A DNA stretch of 64,000 nucleotides from Fimbriosthenelais zetlandica (Eukaryota). Position numbers and translations under genes: made by a program. Location of the stretch: NCBI GenBank assembly GCA_977030845.1, contig OZ365112.1, positions 12,834,001 to 12,898,000 on the forward strand, read 5' to 3'. Shown here piece by piece: positions 36,401 through 50,300 of this stretch; within the stretch, counting starts at the first letter, position 1, and every line of letters begins with the position of its first letter. The notes beneath the pieces are model-generated. The model was not told the DNA's origin. It did no database searches and saw only the letters and a program-made list of their open reading frames with translations.

Positions 36401-39400
36401 GGATTTGAAGGTGTAAAGAGACTAGCACGTGCTTCCCCAGCCCACTGACCGCAGGTCAAAACAATATGACACAGAGGGGAAATGAAAGGCATGAATTAAT
36501 CACCCATCAAGTCCCTCCCAATCAACAATTGATTAACCAATCATCTGGCAGATTGTGCTCTCAAAATAAGGCTTGATTTATTACCCTAAATCAGTTCCAC
36601 TTTGGCAGCATTTTTCCCTCAGGGGAATATTATTTTATTAGAAGTGAATTGTTTTCCACCTGTGCCATTGAGTTCAAAACACAAGTCACAGAAACATACA
36701 TTCCACACATGTCAGGGATGGGCTTTTTACGGCAAAAAACCACAAACATTTTCAGTTTTGACAAGTTCCCTGACTGCAACAGATAGATAGATCTCCGTGC
36801 ACTTTCTTCCCTGTAGTTTAGTCTTCACGTTCAACAGCCCAGAAAACCAGAATGTAAGCTACCTTTGCTGAGTGTTTACATGTAGAGATGGAAAGGCACT
36901 AAAAGATACACATCCAAGCAAAACATTCCACGATAAACACTCTTAACTTGGGTTATATGTAACATGTAACATGCTTTGGACTGATAGACATTCGAGCATG
37001 GAGACCAACATATCTAGGGAAGACGACATTAACTTGTATTTTAGATTAGAGGGAGTTGGGGTGTATGGGTTATAGGTGTAATATAGCACAGGTGTGTGTC
37101 CTGGGGAGAGAGAGTCTATAAAGATACTATAGCCGTCTCCTGAGCCAGACAGAAATAGCGAGACCCTGGTTCTGTTAGTGTTTCCTCCTCTCTTTAGACT
37201 AGTGTACATGTATATCATGTACATGTCTCTTTCTTCCCTCAGACTATCAGTTGGTCTTTAGGCTATGTACCCAATTTTCTGTATTCAACTTTTTCAACAA
37301 TTTCTATGTATTCAACTTTGGAATGTCCTGCAGCAGTTCTCACCAAAGCATTAAAAGCTAATGATAAATCTACCTCGAAATCAAATATTTAAACATGGCA
37401 TAATCTGTTAAAACTGTCTCAAGCCATTTGCTATACCTAGAGGCAAAAACAGCCATATGCCCACAACCTAGCACTTAACTTTTCTAACAATATAAGCTCG
37501 ACAGGGGGCCACTATAGGCAATTTAATAACACCCCAAATACATGCATAACACACACTGAAAGGCCTAGAGGAACCATCTGCCTCCAACACAGGTGCAGAT
37601 TTTTTTCTGATTTAATTGGCCTAAGGTAAGGGCTTAAGTAGCCATTAAGGTCGGCGTTGCATAAGGCTATTATGTACCAATGTCATGTGTCTGGATTGCC
37701 CTGTATACAATGCCTATTAATACCAAATCCTTGCTTACACCTGAATAGACAAACACCAGATTGAATAGAACCCAGACACCGAAGAGGAAATTGTCAATTC
37801 TCTGCATGTATTTCTCTTCTTAAACATTAAAAGAAACTCAATCAAGCAACAAAACTACAACAATGGCTACAAGGCTGAGTTTATAATTCAACAATCTTTG
37901 TAAATCATTTGTTGAGATATCACAGGATATATATTTAATCATTCGACTGGGAAGTTTCCGCAGACATAGATTAACCTTAGTCCAGAGGTCAGACATTCCC
38001 AGTGAGAATGAGCTGGTTTCTCTCCTCAGCTGCCATTATCCTGAACCACACATCTCAGATCTATCTCCTACAGGATCAGTCCGTGACCACACACAAAGGC
38101 AATTTAAAAGATCCCTTAATAAATCATTAGTATACGGATGTAACACACTTAAACACCAACAAAGGAGCAGTGAGTAGAACTACAGGCCGTGGACAGGTGT
38201 TTCCCTCAGACAGAGTTGGTTTCATTAGTGCAAATTAACTTTTTCTATAGTTTTTTGTTCCCTGGGTAAGACCCCTACTCTGTGCTATATAAATGATGGT
38301 GTTCCTTTACGTAAAATTTCTACATCGTAATTTAAGAAATTATGCTCAAATTATATTCATATTAGTCTCATATTCCATATAATTATTTCCCAAAAAGATT
38401 CTTACAGTACTAAATTTTTGAAGTGTTTTAGGCGAAAAATAAAGGAAATGTTTCAACACATTCGGGTTAATTACCAACTGTTGTAGATCACTTTTTTCCC
38501 ATTTTGTTCACTTTCCCTTAATTAGCACCACAGTACATCCACCAAACCCTCTCCATCTGCCTTCCTTCCTTCTGACTTTTTACAAGGATGTTTTCACAAG
38601 TCGGCAAGTCTTTAGGGCAGCAAGAGGAAGAAGTATAAGCTGAGAACTGGCTCACTTCTCTTGGAGTCATTGAATCTCTCTACACTTCTCTATCTACCTT
38701 TCACTCTCCTTCTCCCTCTGGTATCTTGCCAACTGTCAACTGGAAAGCCTTGGGTGGTAAAACATACAGATTTTACAAGCTAATTCATCGACCCCGTTCC
38801 TTGGCTAAACTGGGGGATCTTTGCCCACCTCTTCCATCTCCCCTTCACCGGTCCATCCATCCCACCAATGTCTTAGATCTCTATGCTGGAATCTTTCTAT
38901 CTACCTTGTTACTCTAGTAACAGTTTACACCGCTCCAACTCCAGGGTTTCTAGCTCCCCTTCCACTGGTAAACTGCCCCGGGGAAAAGTTTCCAACCTTT
39001 TCAGGTGCAATCTACCTCAGGCCATGTCAGACAGCAAACGAATTCTCGGATAAAAAAAGTTGGGACAAATATTTTTCCTGACACTTTCAGCTGGCATCGT
39101 TTGCCTCTGATCATTCCCTGGAGTGATGTCTTGGAAATTGCATTCTGATATATTCTCAACGTATTGAGCCCATGTGAACAATTTTCTAAGACTTTTGGCA
39201 TGAAATTACCGTTTAAAATTTGTGACCAGACCTAGAAAACATGACCATAAGGAGATCTCTTTATTTTAACGAGCCTTGGGGGTGGATAGACTTTGCTCCA
39301 CAGCATTTGCCACTGGCAAACTTAAGAAACAAAGACATCACTCTATTTCTACTTTTCCAGCTTAGTCATCTAAGCCTTGGGCTAAAATCTTTCACTCAGC

Positions 39401-41266
39401 CCATACAAAGCCAAGGCTGTAAGCTTGAAAAGTTTTTTCCTTAGAAATTTCCTCTGCTTCCTTGATATAATTTTCCACATATTAGGCTGCAAACTCAACA
39501 ATCTCATTTCCTAATACATTTACCAACCCAGGTAGCTCATGCCCAAACTTGGCATGGAAAATTATCTTGAATTTCATTAGTGTGTTTATAGGAAGCATAG
39601 GTGACTAATTCATTACAATAGTTTGGGAACGACCGGTCAAAGTTCACAATAAATGGACACTCACCAAATAAAGGGAGGAAGCAAAGCACTCTCCTTGATG
39701 CATCAAATGGATGCTATTTTTTCACACACAAAGGAGTCTACTACTTTAAACAGAGCGTGAAGCTATAAATGGGGTACCTCAATAATTGAATCAATGAATA
39801 CCCATGAAATCTAAGTAATTGCTTCTTAATACCTGTAATTTTCGAGTTAAGAAAAACAACAATGGTTTTCCTTGATCATAAAGGTGCGAGGCCTTTCTTC
39901 CCTCTCATACCCTCATCATACATGGTCTATTTTTGTATCTGGGAGATTCCTCCCTTTGAAAGTAGCGTAAAGAGTGCTAGCCTCAATGTTTTCAAGGTAA
40001 GCAATGGGTTCTTACAGAGTTTGTTGCTTTGTGGTACTATCTGTGTTAACCATCTCTCCTTTCTGGGATATGAGGATCTTCTTGTACTCACAAACCAATG
40101 GGTCACCACAGGTGAGGGGGTTAAAGGTTCTACTTCTTGCTGCTTCCCATTTAAGTAGGTGTGATTATGATTATAAGTAGGTGCTAAATTTCTCCATTTT
40201 TAGACGCAATCAAGCACCAACCCCCTTTTCTGAGGGTATATATAATCCAAAAATCCAACGACCAAAAACCTATACATTCCTCAAGTGCCAAATCCACAAA
40301 TAACTCGGTTTAAAAAAATAAATTTATATTGTGGTTTAACCTTTTACATTTGGGTGCCATTGTTCTTTTGTTTTAATCCGACCCCTGGAGGTAAGCTTTT
40401 GTTTATGGACATGGAGGATGAGGTAAGGGGGAGTAAATGGCTTGTCCACCTTGCCCTGGGCCATACAGGTCTAGTTTTTGAGGTGGTCTATGAGGGGTAG
40501 ATGACATATGGTCGTCCTGGTGGTAGGTAATGGGTGGAAACCAGTGTATGTACAGCCTAGACACAGGTGAAGTATACAGACCTACCTGATAGTAGTATTA
40601 TAAATGACTGGTAGAGATAGGAGAGTATAAAACATGTGGTCTACAAAAGGCCAGAGTCCCATGAGCCCTGCAGCAGATTCCAAACAGATTATCATAGCAG
40701 GGCTGGGCCCCGACCTATGAATCTAGCAATTTGTCATCATATTATCAGATCTCTGAGAGTTCAGAAGATTTTCCACCATATTCTTTAGCTTTTCGGAATC
40801 TTTAATACAGTAAACGTTTAAACACAATATGTTTAATAGCGAACCCGTACCTTCAATAGATTTAGTATAAGGGCAATTCTGCATGGTTTGTTTGACCTCT
40901 GTCCAGTGAAGAGGTAAGTTTAGGCAGGCTAAGCTCGTCAGCGTTCAGTGAGCGCCTCATCAAGCAGTCTGTTTCACTAGCAGACACCTCCAACTGTTCT
41001 GTACTTTAGTGAGGGCCTACAGCTTGCATTAATTTATAGAGGGTATGAAGATAGGTGAGGTGTAGAGAGGTCCAGGTTAGAATCGACCTCTACATGTCCA
41101 TGTCTTCTCTATATAGCTACAAGACTTCACCACCTCTAAGTCTTATCACTAAAGAATGGCGGAAACAAGACAGGATTTCCCTCCTTCAATTTTGTGTCAA
41201 ATATCAAGATCTTACAAGTTGCATATAAGAGAGAGAATGAGGAATGAGAGTGGGGGGAGATAGAGG

Positions 41267-41306
<40 letters not shown>

Positions 41307-44300
41307 GAGAGAGAAGCATGAGAGAGGCTCAGTACGTCCTCGTGGCCCACTTGACTCTGTGACTCTGGTATGAGCTGTGAGGAGCTCAGTGAGCGAGCAT
41401 CTGGTGTGAATCATGCCTCCATCTTCACACACTATCTGTCGCCCGTGCCGGGGCTGTGTACCGTGTGAGACACGCGGCACAGCGGGTTACAAACATACCC
41501 TCTCCACGCTCCAATCACACCCACTCTCTCTCTCTCTCACAGTTTTGTAGTTTTTTTTCAACTAAATTAATCAGAAATATTCCAATCATTTATGAGAGGG
41601 GCATGCTGTACATGGAATTATAATGGGGAAATTTCCACACTTGATTTTCAAAAGGGATGCATTTCATTTTGCACAAAACAGAGATAATTAAGACTCAGTT
41701 ATTGGAGTGACTCCAGATTGTAATCTCTAGTTCTCATAAGGTTCTAAAATTTCAAAGACTCTAGAGGGCAACTATGTTTTGTGGCTCTGCATTTGTGTCC
41801 AACGGTATTCTATACTCGAGGAAGCAGAGAGGCTGTTGAAGGCTCATCGTTTTCCACATTCCACCTTGCTTGTAAGAGGGCACTTTATCAGATGAAGGTC
41901 ATAGAAATGTGACAAGTTGACTACCCAGGAGGAAGTCTTCCACAACCAGCCAGAAGTTACTCAAGTTGGGTGCGACCTTTTCCTCTTTTTAACCATGGAG
42001 TAAAAATGGGTCTTTCCCCCAACAATAAGTTTCCATTTTTATGAAAATACGAAAGCAATAGATACAAATGCTCAAAATGGATGTGGTATGCAATCTGTAC
42101 TGCAGAGAATCTTTTTTGTTAACTGCACCAAACATTTACAAGACTGGACATTTTTCTGTTATTTTTCTGTCAGAACCAACCCAAAACTTTTTAACGGTAC
42201 ATGTACACATAGAAGATGAACAGGGGGTGGCTTTAGATGGGGAATGACAGTCTTGCAGCCTGTGGGACATTTTTATTCTGTGCACCAGGCCTGAGTTTGT
42301 CCTCAAGTATAAACCAGGGGCTGGGGCGTGTGTTTGTTGAAAGTATCCTCGTCCCCAGTCTAACCCGGGGAGCTGAGACTGCTCATAACATGAGAGGAGG
42401 TCACGTTCACTTTATAACTAATGTTTGTCATGAAAAATGCCACCACAAACGGTTATCCAATATCAAATATCACCCAGGTATCAGGCTCAAAACGATGCTT
42501 CAAATATAACCGTTATTTCCAAGATGGCTGGCTAAAGGAAGTGAGGGTCCTCTTTCCTATGACACAATATACCCCCTACTGCTCCTACTACCTTGCAGGG
42601 TCATTTGATTCATCAATCAGTTTGGGAAGAGACTCGGTAGATTTTATCATTGGTTAGACTTATGGAATCAAAGACCTGTCTAGGGAGGAGAGTTCGCTTA
42701 CAAATCAACCATAGGGGATTGGCTTAGAGAAAGGATAGTATACAAGAAAGGAATCATTTCCCTATTACTTTCCTCCCAGGAACCAAATCAATTTGCTCAT
42801 TGCACAATTTGGTTCCCTCTTCAACACCAGGAGAACACAATCCTAAACATGACAGTTATGTAGGGAGATGATGGATCTATAGCCTAGTTGTATACTAAGT
42901 TCCCTGACTAGCCAAACTCCATGGTAACATATCCAAAAGGATCGGTATGCTAACTCTGCTAACACGAACGCTCAACAGTCCGAGTCACTCAAGTGCCCCC
43001 CTGGTAGAGAGCAAAAACACACAGCAGCTTCCTGCAGCCATCAGATTCAAATATGTACACAAACACTTGGAGCAAGTGTAGACTAAGTTCAAATGGTGGC
43101 CTAAAATAACACCAGAAAATCCAGATCTCAGTCAAATGCTTCAATTTATAATGGGTCAATTGACAAGGTGGCTCTTTCTTTTATTGTTATCTTTAAAAAC
43201 ATGCTTGGTCGTACCAGATGAAAGCAACTCACATGGGAGGGCAATGGGTATGAAAACAGGAACGGACCAAAGACATGATCTGTTTCAAATCAATATTTCA
43301 CGGGCATCGAGCCCTAAATCAGAGGAGGAACCTGTGACCTTCCTATTGGAGGGGGCTTGTATGGGGGCAGAGAGTAGGATATGGTATTTGTGCCCCACCA
43401 ATCGCAGTCTGGTGCCATCAGTTACGACTGAATGGCCCTGCTGGATGCCAGATGCCCCCAGTGTGTCTAGTTTTACCATGGAAACCAACCGACGCCCACA
43501 ACAGCCAAGCCCCAATGTGTATTGTTAGACAGAATTTTTCCCAGTAAGATACAGATCAATGGGAACAATCATTCTAAACAATTTTGATAAGGGGCAAATA
43601 TTTAGACAGACTTTTGATATTAATCTGTCAAAAATAACGAACATCTCATGCTCCGAAGTAGAGTCTTTTAATTTTGAATCCATTCGGTCCCATTTGAACT
43701 AGATAAGCAGAAAAGGATGCACTTTTAAGAAGTGTTCAAGAACGAGAAATAAGATGGCTAGATACTGTAGAGTATCCTTGAGGCTTTTTCATCCGTCAAG
43801 AGAGAGCCAAGACTGAGGTATAGAGACGAGTGTGTTAGCTTCCATCCACTCACCACCTACATGTTTGTGTAAGACTTATAACAGCCCAAAAAGCAGAGAG
43901 AGGCATACACAAAACAGACCTGCATGATTTTTGGTCTCCATACATCAGGGCCATAAGTGGCTCAGTGATAAAGTTTGGAGAGTGCTCGAGTAGCTCGAGA
44001 AGTTAGGAGCAGCTCGAGAAGGAAACAAGATGAGAGCTGAAGTGTCGGCTGGGTGGTGGTGGTAAGTTGGTCATGTCAGCAGGGGAGAAAGTGCTGAACT
44101 TTACCATCACCAAGAGCAAGTCCTACAACTGAAGCTTAAAGTTCAAGAATATGTATTCCATTTTCAGGATATCAATATAATTCAGTGAGATCCGTGAAAG
44201 AATTAATCTAATTTCTGAGAATTTCATGTTTATGACTCCCCTTGAATGATCCAAATAAAGCACTAGAACTCAAGACAAAGGGAAAGAGTTCTTCAAGAAT

Positions 44301-47300
44301 GAAAGTGTCTGAGAAATTAGAATGATAAGAATCATAAGATCACAGACATTAAAGCCATTTTTCATGCATCTTCCCGTGGAGACACAGCTGTGTGGGTATA
44401 TTACAGGGACCTCGTGTCACGACCATTTAATTCCTCAATCATTTTCCGAGGCCGCAATGTAAGAGAAGCCTGGATGTCAGAATGATGAATATAATACCCT
44501 CCTCTCTCATCACCTTCACATGGCTACAATCTTCACAGTCTCTCCCTTCACAATACACTCCCGGCAACCTCCTGACACCGTTTGGTTCCCATTATAAGGT
44601 CCAACTTTGTGTCGAGTGTCCTGAGAAAATATCTTGTACACTTGTTCTAAGAGGCTGACACCATTACTGGCTGGAGTCCCATGATGTGGACTGACGAGGG
44701 AGGAATGTTGTATCAAAAAATTCTCAGAGGACCTGACCAGATAGTCACTGATAGTGTCAGAGTTCTGGGTGAAAAAGATGGCATTTACACCGAGATGGTT
44801 CGCAGCAAGAATTCGCTTCTAACAATTAATCTTCTGTCAGTTTTTTTTCCTGATACACCAGTGAAGATAACAAAGAGATATAGCCTATATTGATCAATTA
44901 ATTATTGTAAAATTCTATTAGTTCGTCTTTGAGAAGTAAGATTGAGTGAAATAAGTTCGTTATTTGGGGAAATATCCTTTACAAGTTCGGTAATAGTGAC
45001 TAGTGTCCTAAATTTTGGAAATATTCTTGATGCTAACCTTTGGAAGACCAGACAATATAAAATATTCCCACTGGTCTAAGGTGATTATTACACGGGTCAC
45101 CAAGCATATGAAATGTTGACATGGTAACGAATGTAGCACGTGCGGTGGAGGTGATGATGGGCAGTGGTATGAATATCATTCATACTACAGTCCAGCGAGT
45201 TTAAATATTCATACATAAAGCGCCATGTCAGCTCGACCCGTTTGTTTAGCACACGTGCCTCAGGGTTTGGTATTCATTCCATTGATCAGTGATCTGTTTC
45301 AGAATCGACCCATCCTTCCATGGTTCCCTTATAAATGTCATTGATCACAAAAACTCAAGATCTCTGAACTCAGGTCGATTTAGTTCTTCTTGGATTGTGA
45401 ACAAAGTTGGAAAAATTTCTCGAACTAATTGCCCAGTAAACTCATTTTCCTTGACAGGAAAATCTTATCGGTGAACTGGGTGAAACCCTATCTTAGAAGT
45501 ACAATGATAAAGAGAGGTTAACTCTTAGTTGTAAAGATCGGGGCAGTACCATTTTAGTGATCCTTGAGTGAGCAGGATCTAACTAAGTCTTTGTCTGGTA
45601 AATCTCACGTTAAGCCGTGTAGGCAGGTGAGTCAGGCCACTACCCCAGATATAGGTGTATACACTATATGGAGGTCTCCTACCTGAGTCACTACTATACA
45701 CCTACAGATATATCTGACCATCTGCTACCTGACAATAATAAAATAGACCAGGCACTGATAGTAATTTATATACTAACATATGTGTGGGTGGATGATAGGT
45801 TAGAGAATGGAAAGATGTGGGCAGGGGTATAAATTAATATATCACAATAAAATACTTGATAGGAAATGAAATGGACAAAGGTATCGGACATTATAGTGAA
45901 GGGAAGATTAATGGGTTGGGATGGAAGGGGTGAAAAACTGGGTCATGTGTGACAGATGAAGTTAATACTCTCCTGTAAAATCAGGTGAAAACACCAGTAA
46001 ACATAATGGACATATTTGGTTTTCGGACAATTGTTGTCCAGGTATTATTGTGACAATAGTACGACAATCCCATGGCCTAACTAAAGCCAACTTTAGACAT
46101 GACAGTAGTTGGACAAAGATACTTAGAAATAGACACATGGACAATGCATCTGTAGACCAAAGCTTTTCTTGATTAAGCTGTATTTCATACGACAGTCACA
46201 ATAGTGCAGTATTAACATAGGAACCTTAGAGGTTAGGGGTATAGATTAGAGGGTAATGTCTTAATATCCTTCCCACCTGCCAATATATCTCCCTCTGATT
46301 TGTAGATAAAAAACCCAAGAAGGTAGGTATACTAAATACACAGGTGTATTGATGGCAGGTCCCAGCAGGTACTTCACACTATACGATGCTACAATAGACA
46401 ACAATAGGTCTGCTACGTAACACATCTAAATAGGTAGAGGTCATGAATGACAGACTGACACATTATAGAATGAGTGATGGCAATGTCTCCAGCTCACTCA
46501 ACTACGGTTAGATAAACCGTTAAATCGATAATTTATCACGGATTTAGTAGTCCACCACAACTCTACTTAAGCGCATATGATTAGCACACAAAAATAGCAA
46601 TTATAGTAAAAAATATTTTGCTTTAAAACGATTTACACCTATTTTGATAGTACACCGATGGAAATAGCTTCCCAACATTCTGATAAAATCAATGGTGTAT
46701 GATTCGGTGTGCATTCCTAGTTGGGGTTTATTTGGGTTGAGGGTATTATCAGTATTCTTCTCCAGTCAGTGCCAATAAAGCAGGTCAGGGACTGTGATTT
46801 TATTATGGTTTAGTGGGTGTTGTATGGAGGGATCAGTAGGATCCTCACACCTGTCTGGTAGGAGACAGATCAATACCGGCAAGTCTCCTGTCTCTCTCCA
46901 AGGCACGCCCAGGAGGACCACCACCATCCACAGGCGGAGGCCAGCAATGCTCACCTGTAACTAGCAACAATCAACCATTCCAAGCTGGACGCTACTCCCA
47001 TACTCAACGTCAACTTATATTCATGGCAGATGCGGACAGCCCATAGGCATGTATGGCCTATACTGACATTATTTGGCAAAGAGAATACATCCAGTTTTCC
47101 TGCAAATACAGACTGAAGTACTTGGCTTTTTTGTTTAGAACCAATAGCGAGTATGGCACACATTGGAATATGATATGTAAACATGGCTTTCTGCCTTGCT
47201 TTACTTGGATGAAGGCTGGGGGATGAATATTGGAATAAACAGATAAGGAAGCTGTTAGCTTATTCCTATGGGTAACAGAGCCTATGAAGGCTCAACCCGC

Positions 47301-50300
47301 ATTGTTAATATTCTGCATCATATGCCTTTTGTTTAATCTCTTGTGAAATCGATTCATAGGGAAACACAGGTGTAAAAAGCCCACTAAATCAAAATAATGA
47401 CATACAAGCCTGCTTTGCAGAATAATGGATATCTGTCATGATACTAGCAACATGTACCTGCAACACTTTGAAGCTATTAATATTAATGGTCATGTTTGCT
47501 TTTGTTTTAATGTTAATGTCCCACAGATGATGGACTTCATATAGTAGGGTCAGTGGGTTTAAATTGGTTAATATGTGAGTGACATTCCTTCAACTTTGTA
47601 TATTTATACCTCAGGTCATGTACTGAGCAATCATCACATTTTAATCACTGGATAATGCATGAAACATATTCAATTTGCAACATGAAGACCAAACAATTAA
47701 TCTTTCAACATCAGTCTAGTCATGTGTAGAAATCTCTGAAATAGTTGCTAAAATTAATGAGAGATGAGGCAATACTAGGAAGTTTCTGAAGCGTGAGAAA
47801 AATACCATTAACCAATTAAACAATAAAGACCAGAGATAATGTCAAATTACGTCAAACTATGGGGAAATGAGGGTCATCTAGAGGGGGAGAGGCCAAACGT
47901 TACATGGGGATTAATTGGCCTGGGAAGAGAGCACTGGTGGATGATAATAGAGGCAGTAATTAGAGTAATTCCCCGGGCAGACATTATCTGTTAATACAAT
48001 GTGGAGCCAAACAAATACTCGCCTGATTAATTCCTCCATAACTCTGTGTAAGAGCTTATCAACTAAAGCCAATTGTTTTCTGCACCAAAGATTGGTAACC
48101 TATAAGCTTGATATAATGTATACGATAGTCTTTCCTGCTATAATGAAACAACATTTTTCCAAATTATATTCCTTCAAAGTTTTTGCGACATGGTCAACAA
48201 AAAAGCTACAAATACTTGGGTTTATTTTGGGAAATGTCAAAAGAATTTCGCCCTTCTTAAATTGCCACCATGAGTCACCAAATACTTCCTTCCGGTCTGA
48301 ATATTGAGTAACATATTTAGAAGAAACACGGCCTATAAACAACGAGCCCCAACAGTTTACAACAAAGACTTCTTAAGACCCACACACGCACCTTCGTTTC
48401 ACTAAATATATGGCCTTTTTATACATTCAAATGATAAAGATTTGTGACTAGGGGTCGGGTGTACAAGTCACAATGCTGTAGTACCCAGGTGTAGGAAATT
48501 CTAAACCACAAATATGTGGACTTCGTATTGTACTCCATGGCTCAGCTGAATACTTCAGCTGTTCTTTTTCTCAGTAAGGGCATTCCTGAGACGTGCAATA
48601 ACTGCTTTTCCTGAAGAGCCCTTGTTCAGGCATTCCGTGTGGCATGGAAAGCGTTAGTAGGGTGACATCAGCGAAATGTCTTGAATATTTGGGCCCACCA
48701 ATGGTACAGTATGTGTGTCAAGGAATGTGAAAGAAGGCCCACCGCTTGTGTCCTTACCTCAACTTTTTATCTCCTTTTGAGGTTTTTTTGTTACAATACC
48801 AAGGTAGGACTCACTAGAATCACATGCGAGAGGTTCATTGTGTTTCTCTAATGATGCCCCCAGGTAACTGTCTTTGTATACGAAAGGAAATCTATATTTC
48901 ATCAGTATTATGTACCATCTAGATATGATAGGAGACGGGACATGAAAATATTGCTGGCAGTTTGGGTGAAGGATGGGTGTGGGGTTGTTAGTTGACTTTC
49001 AGGTCAAAGCAAACTTAGAAGGAAGAGATGGGTGTCACATGGATAACATGGGAAGAAGAGACAGGCCAACATGTCCCTGAGTAAAAACCTATTTATTTAT
49101 CCTAGCCACAAATCTGGCTAGGTTCTGTGAACAAAGAAAACTCAGCACTCAGAGAACCCCAGGGAGAAGTCAAAGTAAGTCCAATATAACACCACATAAT
49201 CCGAGCCAAGGACGTCAAAATATATTAAACCTTTTGTAGAAAACGACCTCTTCTTACCGGTCAATCTTCACAACTATTTTGACCATGTGGTGAAGTTTTA
49301 ATCTAAACAAAAGTTGTAAAGCTTACTAAGCTATGCTTGAGTTGGTTCCACACTGTAAATATTACAAGGTTTACTGAGCTGAAGAGCCAGGGATGGTAAA
49401 AGCTTGGTGTATTTGCATATCACAATAAGCAGGTAGGGGGTCCAATATAGCATGTGAACGATTAGCAGCTAGGTAGACTAAAGTGTTGACCAACATCAAA
49501 AGAATACACTTTTAAAATCATAAATCGAAGCAGACTGGCAAAAGCCTGAATGTTTGCCTTTATTGTGAGTCGGTGTTGAGGTGGGGGTCGGGGGGACTGA
49601 GTGCTCTTGTTAACAGATTCAATGCCAGATTGGTCTTAGAGGAGGTAGAAACATTTCTATCCTTCATAATGAATCTTTTGTAGGATGGAAAATTAATGCC
49701 TCATGAACAAATACCTTCAGTAGGTACTACCTGACTCTTGCCACACGATACACAAAAGGATCGTTTTTATTGGGGGAAAGTCTCAAAAATCTATCAACCT
49801 AAAACTGTGGAAAATACCTCAAAACGATGGGCAATTAATTAGAAACATCTGTATAAGCCGCGTTTCTTATAAAATATGTTTCTTAATATCCCTTTGCGGG
49901 ATAATAAGTCAGTTAATAAAGAGGTTTGATAGGTAAAAAGCATGACCTGGGATATACTCATCAATGGGTAAGGTTGACCGAGATACCAAGACAGTCTGTG
50001 ATTATCACGTATCAGACAGGGTTACTCAATACACTCATTACACAACAGGTATCTCAGGAATGTGGCATGTGGGCGCTGCATTTATTTGTATCCCACATTA
50101 AGATTTATATAGCAAGGTTCTCTTAATACATAGTTAACCAGGATCTCAGTGTGAACCCATATCACTACCTGTATACAACCAGCAAAAAGGTTGATTGGTC
50201 ATTGCTGCGATGACCGTTTTCAGTGATGAGTAACCTGCTTCAAAATTAAATAAAATTTGAAATGGCACAAACTCAAATGTGAAACTTCTAAGTCTCATAA

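Noticed and set aside
43136-43528. 130-aa plus-strand ORF with a hydrophobic N-terminal stretch (WLFLLLLSL)
   Set aside because: No recognisable domain, processing sites or promoter/poly(A) support. An ORF of this length is compatible with chance in 64 kb. It cannot be fully excluded without RNA data.
46766-47184. Strong CAG|GTGAGC donor at 46954 and a hydrophobic ORF, as a possible alternative signal-peptide exon
   Set aside because: The open frame ends in phase 2, and the phase-1 frame needed to join exon 3 has a stop four codons upstream.
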